DNA from: a virus
Taxonomy: Duplodnaviria; Caudoviricetes
Strand: one strand, 5' to 3'
Virus record (IMG/VR): IMGVR_UViG_3300037045_000370
Span: 1-40,649 of that record
Length of the DNA: 40,649 nt
The notes beneath the pieces were generated by a model. It searched no databases, was not told the origin of the DNA, and saw only the letters and a list, made by a program, of their open reading frames with translations. The translations under genes and the position numbers were made by a program. Below are positions 1 to 7,507 of this stretch, in pieces. Numbering within the stretch: the stretch's first letter is position 1; every line of letters begins with the position of its first letter.

Positions 1-315
1 TTACTTATGAATAATTGTCGAATACAGTGATATCAAAAACATCCCAAAATAAAGACCTATCATTACCTTACTATATAAGGCAGATCCGATGTCTTTTTCC
101 TCTTTCTTTCTGGTATCAGAAATGGCTTGATATTGGGTTAGGTTATTTTTAACTTCGTTTATAGTTGCTCGAAGATTGTTGTAGTCCCGAATTAGAGTCT
201 GTGTTTCTGTAAGATCATTACGTAGTGCGGCCATATCACCTTTCATGTCTAGTAATATATTGATAACTTCCTTTTGTGAATACATATCATCATTTTTCTG
301 TTCTTTCATAAACAT
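1..315 (-). CDS. Coiled-coil protein with C-terminal transmembrane helix, holin-accessory-like
   Basis: 104-aa ORF with GGAGGT RBS; coiled-coil then hydrophobic C-terminus (VMIGLYFGMFLISLYSTII); follows the amidase gene. Confidence 0.55.
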   Translation of the reverse strand: MFMKEQKNDDMYSQKEVINILLDMKGDMAALRNDLTETQTLIRDYNNLRATINEVKNNLTQYQAISDTRKKEEKDIGSALYSKVMIGLYFGMFLISLYSTIIHK

Positions 316-416
316 TACCTCCGATCACTTTATAATATTCAAAACTAGGTAATGTTGTTAAATAAAGGTTATGAATATTTCATGTACCACCTTGCCCTCT
401 CCCGGCTAATTTCCCA

Positions 417-1226
417 TTACACTACGATAACCGTGTTACTAGGACCATCCCAACTTACCTGATGACCTAAAGCTTCTGCCAATGCACGAACCGGTGCATA
501 AGCCCTTTCTCCCAGGATAACCCCTGGGATAAGATTGCTTACCACGGCAAGGTTGACTGAAGACTCGCTGACCACCCCTTCAGGCAAAATAACGACCAGA
601 TTTTCTTCTGCCCACCATTTAACCTGTTTACCCAGCGCTTCCGCAAGAGCCCTGACCGGACCAAAGGAACTATTGCCGATTATCACTCCTTCAAATACTG
701 TGCTGCCTATCTGAATTTTTACTGTAGTTGTTTGTCCTGTACCGGATAAATCACTGAATAGTTTATCCCATGGAAACGCTGGCCCAGGATCATTCGCCCG
801 ATTTACCGAATCTAAGCGATAGTGGCCAATAATATGATCTCGGTCAACCGGTATACCCCATTTAACTATCAACTGCCGATGTAACCAGAGCGTTGCCTGA
901 TATTGAACTTCTGTAAGCTCTCCACCCTCTAAACATTCGTGCTCTATGCCTATCGTGTACCTATTGGGGTTGGTGCCATCATACAAAGGCCAATTGGGTT
1001 TATTAACTATGCCAGCATGCCAGGCGGTATTTTCATCCGCTACCAGTTGATAGATTTCCCCGGTTTTTGTTACCAGGTAATGCGAGCTAACCTGAGCTGA
1101 TGGATTCTGTAACCAGCTTAGAGTTCCTGGCATAAGCCCGGCAGTGATATGGTTTACAATTGCAATGATAGATTTACCATTTCGCCCCGCGCTGTAATTG
1201 GGACTAAGTGCCTGTTGAATTTGCAT
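417..1226 (-). CDS. N-acetylmuramoyl-L-alanine amidase (Amidase_2/AmpD type) with C-terminal Cu-amine-oxidase-N-like cell-surface repeats
   Basis: Motifs NHITAG, SSHYLV, AWHAG, IGIEH, IIGH, DPG; two copies of PVRALAEALG..V.W. Confidence 0.9.
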   Translation of the reverse strand: MQIQQALSPNYSAGRNGKSIIAIVNHITAGLMPGTLSWLQNPSAQVSSHYLVTKTGEIYQLVADENTAWHAGIVNKPNWPLYDGTNPNRYTIGIEHECLEGGELTEVQYQATLWLHRQLIVKWGIPVDRDHIIGHYRLDSVNRANDPGPAFPWDKLFSDLSGTGQTTTVKIQIGSTVFEGVIIGNSSFGPVRALAEALGKQVKWWAEENLVVILPEGVVSESSVNLAVVSNLIPGVILGERAYAPVRALAEALGHQVSWDGPSNTVIVV

Positions 1227-1241
1227 ATCCTATCTCCTTCC

Positions 1242-1505
1242 TTATTGTGGACCTGCAAGGTTTTTTTCGGAGTTATCACTACTTATTCGTGATTGGGGTT
1301 TGCCAAGAACCGAGTCCGCTACATTAGCAATAGACACCCCTACTACACCTGCGATTAGCCCCCCCATAACATTGACCAGGTTTGAGCTGATATCGCCCCG
1401 GCGCCAGTACATGAGCAAGCAAAAAACCAGTGTAACCAACATGCTAACCATAAGGGTTGAGACTCTCTTTTCCTCCAAGGAAACTAATTTTTTCAGCATA
1501 TCCAT
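1242..1505 (-). CDS. Small two-TM membrane protein, holin-like
   Basis: 87 aa, two hydrophobic helices, charged tail, directly upstream of the amidase. Confidence 0.6.
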   Translation of the reverse strand: MDMLKKLVSLEEKRVSTLMVSMLVTLVFCLLMYWRRGDISSNLVNVMGGLIAGVVGVSIANVADSVLGKPQSRISSDNSEKNLAGPQ

Positions 1506-1551
1506 TAGCTTTGCCTTTCCTTTCTCATTCCTATAGATTTCGCCCTATACC

Positions 1552-1579
1552 ATAATATGGTGGCTGAGTAGTATTGGTG
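1552..1579 (-). promoter_or_regulatory. SigK-type (mother-cell sporulation) promoter for the holin-amidase cassette
   Basis: Minus strand CACC (1579-1576), 16-nt spacer, CATATTAT (1559-1552); fits the mACm-N16-CATA---T consensus. Confidence 0.6.
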
Positions 1580-1691
1580 CCAGCACATCCTAAAAAGCTG
1601 GTATTTCTGCCGGCCCAACAAAAAAAGCTCCGACCTTATAGCCAGACCAGAGCATTTTTGACACCCAGCTCATTTTTAGCCTATAACGGAC

Positions 1692-1720
1692 AAAAATACC
1701 GGGGCCATTAAGCCCCGGTA
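1692..1720 (-). terminator. Rho-independent terminator downstream of the tRNA 3' end
   Basis: TACCGGGGC/GCCCCGGTA stem followed by TTTTT on the minus strand. Confidence 0.8.
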
Positions 1721-1734
1721 TCATTCATTTCATA

Positions 1735-1780
1735 TGGTGGGTCGTATTGGATTTGAACCAACGACTTCTTCCGTGTCAGG
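1735..1780 (-). tRNA. 3' half of tRNA-Val(GAC); prophage att core (partial, not a functional tRNA)
   Basis: Minus strand CCTGACACGGAAGAAGTCGTTGGTTCAAATCCAATACGACCCACCA: anticodon loop CU-GAC-AC, T-arm GGTTCAAATCC, CCA end; no 5' half upstream. Confidence 0.85.
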
Positions 1781-1794
1781 ACTAAAATGATCTT

Positions 1795-1828
1795 ATTGGG
1801 GGGTTGCTTGAGTTTGCAAACCCCCAAT
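1795..1828. terminator. Hairpin just inside the att site, possible terminator
   Basis: Imperfect inverted repeat ATTGGGGGGTTGC...GCAAACCCCCAAT. Confidence 0.45.
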
Positions 1829-1845
1829 GTATTAGGCTACTTCTT

Positions 1846-2034
1846 TTATGCTTTTGCATACAGTTGTGTGTGGTTAGTGCTTCTTTTATACTCTTTGTCG
1901 GCAACTTTGTCGGCAACTTTTTGTTGGAAATATTGTACTAGTATTTCTTCCGGTGGTACATTAAGATCAACATTATTTGTTTTTACCCATTCACATACTT
2001 CTGTCACAATTAGTTTATTAACGGTAGGAATCAT
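1846..2034 (-). CDS. Small hypothetical protein (62 aa from ATG 2034)
   Basis: AGGAGG RBS 5 nt before ATG 2034 (MIPTVNK...), preferred over the longer TTG start. Confidence 0.55.
   Translation of the reverse strand: MIPTVNKLIVTEVCEWVKTNNVDLNVPPEEILVQYFQQKVADKVADKEYKRSTNHTQLYAKA
1893..1920 (+). repeat. 12-bp tandem direct repeat CTTTGTCGGCAA x2, candidate integrase arm-type sites
   Basis: Copies at 1893-1904 and 1905-1916, about 115 bp from the att core. Confidence 0.5.
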
Positions 2035-2128
2035 TAATACCTCCTGACTACATACCAACAACAAGCAATAAGGCTGTTACTGTTACGAATCTCTGCACAA
2101 TAATTTTTCCTCCTGATTTATATTAGCA

Positions 2129-2142
2129 AGAACTGCCGTTCT
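2129..2142. promoter_or_regulatory. Firmicute LexA (SOS) box
   Basis: AGAAC-TGCC-GTTCT matches GAAC-N4-GTTC; just downstream of a minus-strand TATAAT (2159-2154). Confidence 0.65.
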
Positions 2143-2587
2143 ATTCTTTGTATATTATAAATTAATTTTAAACATAATTGGAAGCCTTGACATTTCTTGT
2201 TTTATAATATTTGTTTATAATCCCTAATATTTGTATACAAAGAACATAATTCATTTATACCATACTTTTGGAAAAAAGGAAGTGCTAATCTATTAGCTGA
2301 TTTGTCGAAATTAAGCGTTTTTTTAACCATTAGTTGACACGTATATATTTTTTTTACTAACGTATATATTTTTGTGTGTCGAAATACCAAATAATTTAGG
2401 TTAATTTTTAAAGCTTCTAACCTCCTCCTTTTTTATAATAAATACATCTAGAGCATTGCCCGGTCAAAGTATATATCCATCTTGCCCATATTGTACCATT
2501 AATTTTACTATTTGTTACCCATATCGACAATTATTTACTATTGAACTTCTTCTAGTGGTACTCTTTTCAAAGAAAGGAGAGTGCCAC

Positions 2588-2950
2588 ATGTTCGGGAATA
2601 GACTCAAGTTTCTACGTGAAAAAGAAGATTTAAGTCAAAAAGATCTATCAGTTAAATTAGGTGTTGGGCACTCAACGATTACAAAGTACGAACGAAACGA
2701 ACGACAACCGGACTTTGATATGCTTGTTCGCATTGCCGATTATTTTAATGTATCTACTGATTATTTGCTAGATCGGCATATTGCAGATCTACCAGAAGAA
2801 ATCCCAAAAATAATAACTATGATTTATGCCTTAGATAAAGTGTTAAAGACACCTCAGTCCCTACCTGAAACGATAATGGCTTATAAGGATTATAAAACTC
2901 TGATCGACAGGCTTTTCCTTGACCTCCTAAGTCACAGAGTATCTGATTAA
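2588..2950 (+). CDS. XRE-family HTH transcriptional regulator
   Basis: MFGNRLKFLR...SQKDLS..LGV..STITKYERNERQPD...IADYFNVSTDYLL; AAGGAG RBS before ATG 2588. Confidence 0.9.
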   Translation: MFGNRLKFLREKEDLSQKDLSVKLGVGHSTITKYERNERQPDFDMLVRIADYFNVSTDYLLDRHIADLPEEIPKIITMIYALDKVLKTPQSLPETIMAYKDYKTLIDRLFLDLLSHRVSD

Positions 2951-2954
2951 ATAA

Positions 2955-3755
2955 TCACCGCTTTCCTGAATAATGCCCTCTGATCACATCAACCCTATTA
3001 TGTCCCAAATCCCTTGATACATCTAATTCCTCCGCATCCACAAGCCGGGTCTGCGCATATTCAGATCTATAGCTATGCACATCCATCCTGGAAGGAATAT
3101 AAGAGAATATTGGTTGGCAAGGATATCTGCCTTGAATAATATCCAAAACTCTTTCCTCCATGCCAGCTACTACGGTTACCTCCCTGGCTTTTCCTCCTTT
3201 CCCCTGGCCTACAAAGGCTATAAGTTTACCATCTTTCCAATAAATATCATTAGAACGTATAGCTGCCAACTCGTGTCTCCGGAGTCCAAAAGCTTTTGAA
3301 AAGTCTACCAGTTCACAATATCTATCCGGATTAAAGGTTTTGTCCATAGCTACTGACAACCGGCTACGTTTAATATTTTTTATTCGACGCTTAGGTACTT
3401 TGATTTCGCTGGCCAGATTAGTATCCTTAAATATTTTTCGTAATGCTGATCTATCCCTCTGGATTGTCCAGGCTGATTTACCTTGGGCAATACGCTCCTT
3501 TATATAGATAGCTACATATGGCCTAGACTGCTGCATAGTACGCGCGTACCCACTTCTAGTGCACCAGGCCGCAAATTCGTGTGCAACTTGGCGATATGTT
3601 TTGAACGAAACTATACTAAATATTCCCTCCGGAGCTACCCCAAAGCCGCTTTTACCCTGGATATGTGCTTTATTAATTGCATCCTTTTTAGCTTGGTGTT
3701 TGCTCTGCCCAAATCGCTCCTGATCCCTCAAACTGCTAAGTAACTGGTGAAACAA
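2955..3755 (-). CDS. Compact tyrosine recombinase (resembles Integrase_1-type proteins)
   Basis: Catalytic residues present: GLRRHE (R), GKGGKAR (K), HSYR (HxxR), LGHNR (H), C-terminal HY (Y); true start may be ATA at 3773. Confidence 0.8.
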   Translation of the reverse strand: MFHQLLSSLRDQERFGQSKHQAKKDAINKAHIQGKSGFGVAPEGIFSIVSFKTYRQVAHEFAAWCTRSGYARTMQQSRPYVAIYIKERIAQGKSAWTIQRDRSALRKIFKDTNLASEIKVPKRRIKNIKRSRLSVAMDKTFNPDRYCELVDFSKAFGLRRHELAAIRSNDIYWKDGKLIAFVGQGKGGKAREVTVVAGMEERVLDIIQGRYPCQPIFSYIPSRMDVHSYRSEYAQTRLVDAEELDVSRDLGHNRVDVIRGHYSGKR

Positions 3756-3806
3756 TGAAGGTCTTTTGCTTATATATAATCGCCTCCTTAAAAATGGTTA
3801 TAATTA

Positions 3807-4160
3807 GCCTATTGACATATATTTGCTGTTTATATTTCGCCAATAAGCTCGTTTAGACATCGAGCCATTCAGAGCTGGCCCGGCACTCGGTAGGGTTACA
3901 ACACGCCAATAAGTAATAAAAACATTTGCAATAATAAATAATTTTGAAAGTCTCCCCGGGGACCCGGGATTTTGTGTGAAGAAATTTAGATGTGAAATAG
4001 ACAGACCGAACCTATAGTTAGGCTCGGTCATTTTTTCTCCCGCAGTGCGGATTTCAACATTTTTTCAAGTAGTCAATATAATAAAATATAATCCATTAAG
4101 CCAGTAAACTGGCAAACTAACTCCGTATAACGGAGCATATACCTCTCGGCAAAGCCAAGA
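3807..4160 (-). ncRNA. Putative structured RNA or folded ssDNA element of about eight hairpins
   Basis: GC-rich stems in AT-rich DNA at 4144-4160, 4120-4136, 4100-4113, 4039-4051, 4004-4029, 3954-3969, 3847-3865, 3807-3848; imperfect pairs read as G-U on the minus strand. Confidence 0.55.
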
Positions 4161-4215
4161 AAATATCTTTAATAAAATTAATATACAACTATTTTATTTT
4201 GATTGCAACTACTTT

Positions 4216-5220
4216 TTATTGTACTAAATGCTTACGGTACGCCTCCTGTTTTTTAGACTCGCTTACTTGGGCATATACCTGTGTGGTCGCAGGGTCAGCA
4301 TGTCCCAGTAGAGCCTGCACGGAGGATAGATCGGCACCGTTATTCAAAGTCAAGGTTGCAAACGTGTGTCTAAATGTATGCGGGTGTATATTTTTCTGCA
4401 CTCCTGATCTAGAAGCTATAGCGGAAATTACTCTCTGAATACCTCTAGTACTTAATCTCCGGCAAGGATGCCGTTCAGTGACAAAAAGAGATGGAACCTC
4501 ATCTAGCCGCAACATCAAATATTTCTTAAGATGATACAATGATTTAAACGATAAATAAACTTCCCGTTCTTTATTTCCCTTTCCGATCACGCGCGCGCTC
4601 ATGGCTTGGTAGTTTATATCCACTTTATTTAGTTGCTGGACCTCGCTTAGTCTGCCTCCTGTGGCGTAGAATACTTCCATCATGGCACGTTCTCTAGGAG
4701 ATATACACGCTTCCCTTACTTGTTCTAATTCCTCTATTGTGAGAGCCTTAGGCAGCCTCTGTTCTTTTTTGGGTGGCTTAATGCGTCTTACCGGATCTTT
4801 GATAATTATTTCCTCATCCAATAGCCATCCGAAAAAAGATTTAAGTACGGAGAGTTTTCTGCTGATAGAAGACATTTTTAAATGCTCGAACCGGCTTAGG
4901 TATTCACGAATATCTGATGTAATAATTTGGTCAGTCGGATCAGTAACGTGCTGGGCAAAAATACGGAGTTCGTCGGCATATCCATCAAGCGTAATCTCGG
5001 ATAAACCTTCAAGGCGTTTGGCTGCTAGGAACTGACCTACCTTGTCCCTTATATCAGGATGAGCCCCAGGCAGTTTTGCCGGTCGTATGTCATAGAGAGA
5101 TAGGATCCCAGCGACAGTCATATGGAGTTTGGGCAACTCAATGTCGAAACACAGGTCAGAAACGTTGGATACGAGCTGGTGAAGCAACTGCTCCCCAGCC
5201 TGTTGGGTAGAATTATTCAT
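4216..5220 (-). CDS. XerD/XerC-like tyrosine recombinase
   Basis: N-terminal core-binding region; TGGRLSE, GKGNKER, HPHTFRHTFAT, LLGH...TTQVY. Confidence 0.92.
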   Translation of the reverse strand: MNNSTQQAGEQLLHQLVSNVSDLCFDIELPKLHMTVAGILSLYDIRPAKLPGAHPDIRDKVGQFLAAKRLEGLSEITLDGYADELRIFAQHVTDPTDQIITSDIREYLSRFEHLKMSSISRKLSVLKSFFGWLLDEEIIIKDPVRRIKPPKKEQRLPKALTIEELEQVREACISPRERAMMEVFYATGGRLSEVQQLNKVDINYQAMSARVIGKGNKEREVYLSFKSLYHLKKYLMLRLDEVPSLFVTERHPCRRLSTRGIQRVISAIASRSGVQKNIHPHTFRHTFATLTLNNGADLSSVQALLGHADPATTQVYAQVSESKKQEAYRKHLVQ

Positions 5221-5263
5221 ATGATACCTCCCGTATGGTATTTATTGACCCCGTAGAAAGCGG

Positions 5264-5328
5264 TAAGCAGGCGGTGCCTACGGGAGCACCAAGCCGGGTT
5301 AATTACTCCCGACTTTTTTACCTGCTTA
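5264..5328 (-). ncRNA. Three-way-junction leader RNA with anti-RBS loop (C4/CI-like architecture)
   Basis: Closing stem UAAGCAGG/CCUGCUUA encloses GUCGGG/CCCGGC and GGUGC/GCACC hairpins; the CUCCCGUAG loop region complements two downstream sites. Confidence 0.6.
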
Positions 5329-5334
5329 TAGGTT

Positions 5335-5379
5335 AACATAACATCAATACAGAAACAAGTCAAAACCGAACATTTGTTT
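5335..5379 (-). promoter_or_regulatory. SigA promoter with adjacent LexA box for the XerD-like gene
   Basis: TTGACT (5363-5358), 17 nt, TATGTT (5340-5335) with extended TG; CGAAC-ATTT-GTTT at 5367-5379 (one mismatch). Confidence 0.65.
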
Positions 5380-5409
5380 TATTTTTTATTAATCAGAAAA
5401 TAAAACAAT

Positions 5410-5425
5410 GGAGGCCGAAGCCTCC
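5410..5425 (-). terminator. Hairpin at the end of the lysis cassette
   Basis: GGAGGC-TTCG-GCCTCC on the minus strand followed by ATTGTTTT. Confidence 0.6.
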
Positions 5426-5607
5426 TATTCTGATAATTTATCTTTGGTGGCCTTGTTCGCGAAGTAGAACGTAACTCCGGTTGTAGTCATAGTTGCCAGG
5501 GCCCCAAATTTAACATCTGAAACATTGGGTATAAAACACCCGGCAATAAATGCTCCTACTAGTAAATAAGCTAATACAGCCCTGGTTCCACCTAATTGTT
5601 TTAACAT
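5425..5607 (-). CDS. Small two-TM holin-like protein
   Basis: 60 aa, two hydrophobic segments, FYF motif and basic tail; after the endolysin; AGGAGG RBS. Confidence 0.7.
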   Translation of the reverse strand: MLKQLGGTRAVLAYLLVGAFIAGCFIPNVSDVKFGALATMTTTGVTFYFANKATKDKLSE

Positions 5608-5619
5608 GACAAACCCTCC

Positions 5620-6174
5620 TTATTTAATGTAATTAGCAACTGAAATTAACAGGTTATCCAGGTAACGCACACACTGAGCTGCAGACTTCCAGTATTCCGC
5701 AGCTGAAATAATACCTTTTTCTTTTAATACTTCCATGGCTTCATCAATATTCACAATAACACCCTCCTTCTTATCTACTTGGCTAATTAGATCCTCCCAG
5801 GGGAACATTGCCCCAGGGCAAGCCGTAGCGTCAACATCAGAATGACGAACTACTGGAATTTCACCGTATAGCTTGCGAAGTCGTTCAATTAAACTAACAA
5901 TCGACTCTATTTGTTCACTAGTTGGCAGGGAATCGGTAAAATCTCCAGCAAGACATATTCCAATGCTATCTTTATTAGCGGAAAGAGCGTGTGCTCCTAC
6001 CGCCCAATCAGGACGGCCTTTTTTTACTTCCCCGTCTTGTTCAATGAAATAGTGATAGCCAACCATCGCAAATCCCTGGTTACGGTGCCACTGATCTACC
6101 TGTTCTATTGTGGTGCTAGTGGGGCTAGCAGAATGGTGGATAACTATTCTGTTAGTTACAGTTCTGTTTTCCAT
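5620..6174 (-). CDS. Endolysin, T7-lysozyme/PGRP-type N-acetylmuramoyl-L-alanine amidase
   Basis: IVIHHS, GYHYFI, GAH, SIGICL.GDF, H.D..AT.CPG. Confidence 0.9.
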   Translation of the reverse strand: MENRTVTNRIVIHHSASPTSTTIEQVDQWHRNQGFAMVGYHYFIEQDGEVKKGRPDWAVGAHALSANKDSIGICLAGDFTDSLPTSEQIESIVSLIERLRKLYGEIPVVRHSDVDATACPGAMFPWEDLISQVDKKEGVIVNIDEAMEVLKEKGIISAAEYWKSAAQCVRYLDNLLISVANYIK

Positions 6175-6184
6175 ATCACACCCC

Positions 6185-7144
6185 CTATTTATAAAAATAT
6201 ACTTGCTGTAAAACTTGATTCCATTCCACTTTATAGCCCATATGTTCAGCCATAAACCTTAATGGAACCATTACACGATTATTTACGTTATCTACAAGCG
6301 GGGCACAGTCCATTTTCACTTCAACCCCGTCAACTTCTGCATATGCCTTATTAAGCCATATATACCCCTTTTTACAAGCAGCTGGCGGCAAGACAATATC
6401 CACACTTGACCATGATTCAAACCAGTAAGGCATACCATTGTCAAAAAAACGGCCTGTAAAAAATTCATAAGGAATATAGCAAAAACCTGCTTCCCCCCAT
6501 GATACTCCCCATGAATTGCGAACCTCAAAAAATCCTGTATATCCATTAGCCTTCATATTATCATCGTAGCCAGTAACACAAATAGCATGTCCACCCATCA
6601 TTTGACCGTTTGGCAATTCAACTATTCCATTACTGCCAGTATTAATAAAATTCTCACAGACTAAAATAGCACCCAAAACCGGACCATCTTTAACGATAGC
6701 CTGTTTCACTTCGTTTATTGTGCCTATCTTCGCATATGCCCCTATTTTGAATTGTAAGGCTGACTGATCTGCCCCAGCAGGAACACTTGGCATATTAGGC
6801 CAACTCATGCCAGAGTAAGGAAATAAACCCTCAGGGCACACTCCATAGTCAGACAGCACTTTCATAGCTACTCTTGGATATGTACCCTCTTGGTCTGGGA
6901 TACCGTCTAATTCCTTACATCGTTTATAAATATATAAAGGGCTGGATTTAATACCTTCCTGGCTATCCTTAACTCCGGAAGATGCAAAACCAACGCACGA
7001 GCCAAAAGAACCTTGATCTCGTACCGGACCTAAACTTAAGCGTCGACTGTATTTACTGGGTAAGGATTCAACTGTAAATATCGCCCGATATAGATAATCC
7101 CGGTGATCCGCCAAAGATTGAATAGCACCAAATTTATAACTCAT
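6185..7144 (-). CDS. Papain-family (C1A) cysteine peptidase with C-terminal Cu-amine-oxidase-N-like domain
   Basis: DQGSFGSCVGF (Cys), GGHAICVTGYDD (His), RNSWG (Asn); C-terminal RVMVPLRFMAEHMGYKVEWN. Confidence 0.9.
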   Translation of the reverse strand: MSYKFGAIQSLADHRDYLYRAIFTVESLPSKYSRRLSLGPVRDQGSFGSCVGFASSGVKDSQEGIKSSPLYIYKRCKELDGIPDQEGTYPRVAMKVLSDYGVCPEGLFPYSGMSWPNMPSVPAGADQSALQFKIGAYAKIGTINEVKQAIVKDGPVLGAILVCENFINTGSNGIVELPNGQMMGGHAICVTGYDDNMKANGYTGFFEVRNSWGVSWGEAGFCYIPYEFFTGRFFDNGMPYWFESWSSVDIVLPPAACKKGYIWLNKAYAEVDGVEVKMDCAPLVDNVNNRVMVPLRFMAEHMGYKVEWNQVLQQVYFYK

Positions 7145-7156
7145 ATTTACCTCCTT

Positions 7157-7456
7157 TTAAACCTCTTGCGTAATACGCCGCATATAATCGGCGAATTTAA
7201 TTTCAACTGTATGCACCCATCTTTCAGCGTCCTCAACATCGCCGTTTAATGTTTGGTTCCTTACTGCCTTTGCAGTGACCTTAGATAGTTTTAAAACAGC
7301 CTGTATCATTTCCAATTGGAGCAATGCGCCTTCTGCTCTCAATGATTCACATTTAGCGTTATGCTCTCTGTCTCTGCGCTGTTGAATACTAATATAGGCA
7401 ACCCCTATTGCCCCGATTGTAGTTATAGTTGTTTGAATAATTGAACCGTAATCCAA
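7157..7456 (-). CDS. Single-TM holin-like/lysis accessory protein
   Basis: N-terminal hydrophobic helix then coiled coil; first gene of the lysis cassette; GGAGG RBS. Confidence 0.55.
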   Translation of the reverse strand: MDYGSIIQTTITTIGAIGVAYISIQQRRDREHNAKCESLRAEGALLQLEMIQAVLKLSKVTAKAVRNQTLNGDVEDAERWVHTVEIKFADYMRRITQEV

Positions 7457-7482
7457 CTTAACCGCCTCCCCCCTTAAAATAT

Positions 7483-7507
7483 AAAAGCGGCCTAATTAGC
7501 CGCTTTT
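7483..7507. terminator. Bidirectional terminator-like hairpin
   Basis: AAAAGCGGC-CTAATTA-GCCGCTTTT overlapping the stop codon of the 1260-aa gene. Confidence 0.6.

Noticed and set aside
1735-1780. Intact tRNA gene
   Set aside because: Acceptor 5' strand and D-arm are missing; only the 3' half is present, as expected for an att duplication
2202-2390. 62-aa minus-strand ORF
   Set aside because: TTG start about 30 nt from the nearest SD, runs through regulatory-looking repeats, no recognisable motif
2456-2587. N-terminal extension of the XRE regulator in the ORF track
   Set aside because: RBS and domain start point to ATG 2588
3804-4031. 75-aa ORF inside the hairpin element
   Set aside because: Has a weak GGAG but no protein-like features, and the stems explain the sequence better; a leader peptide is not fully excluded
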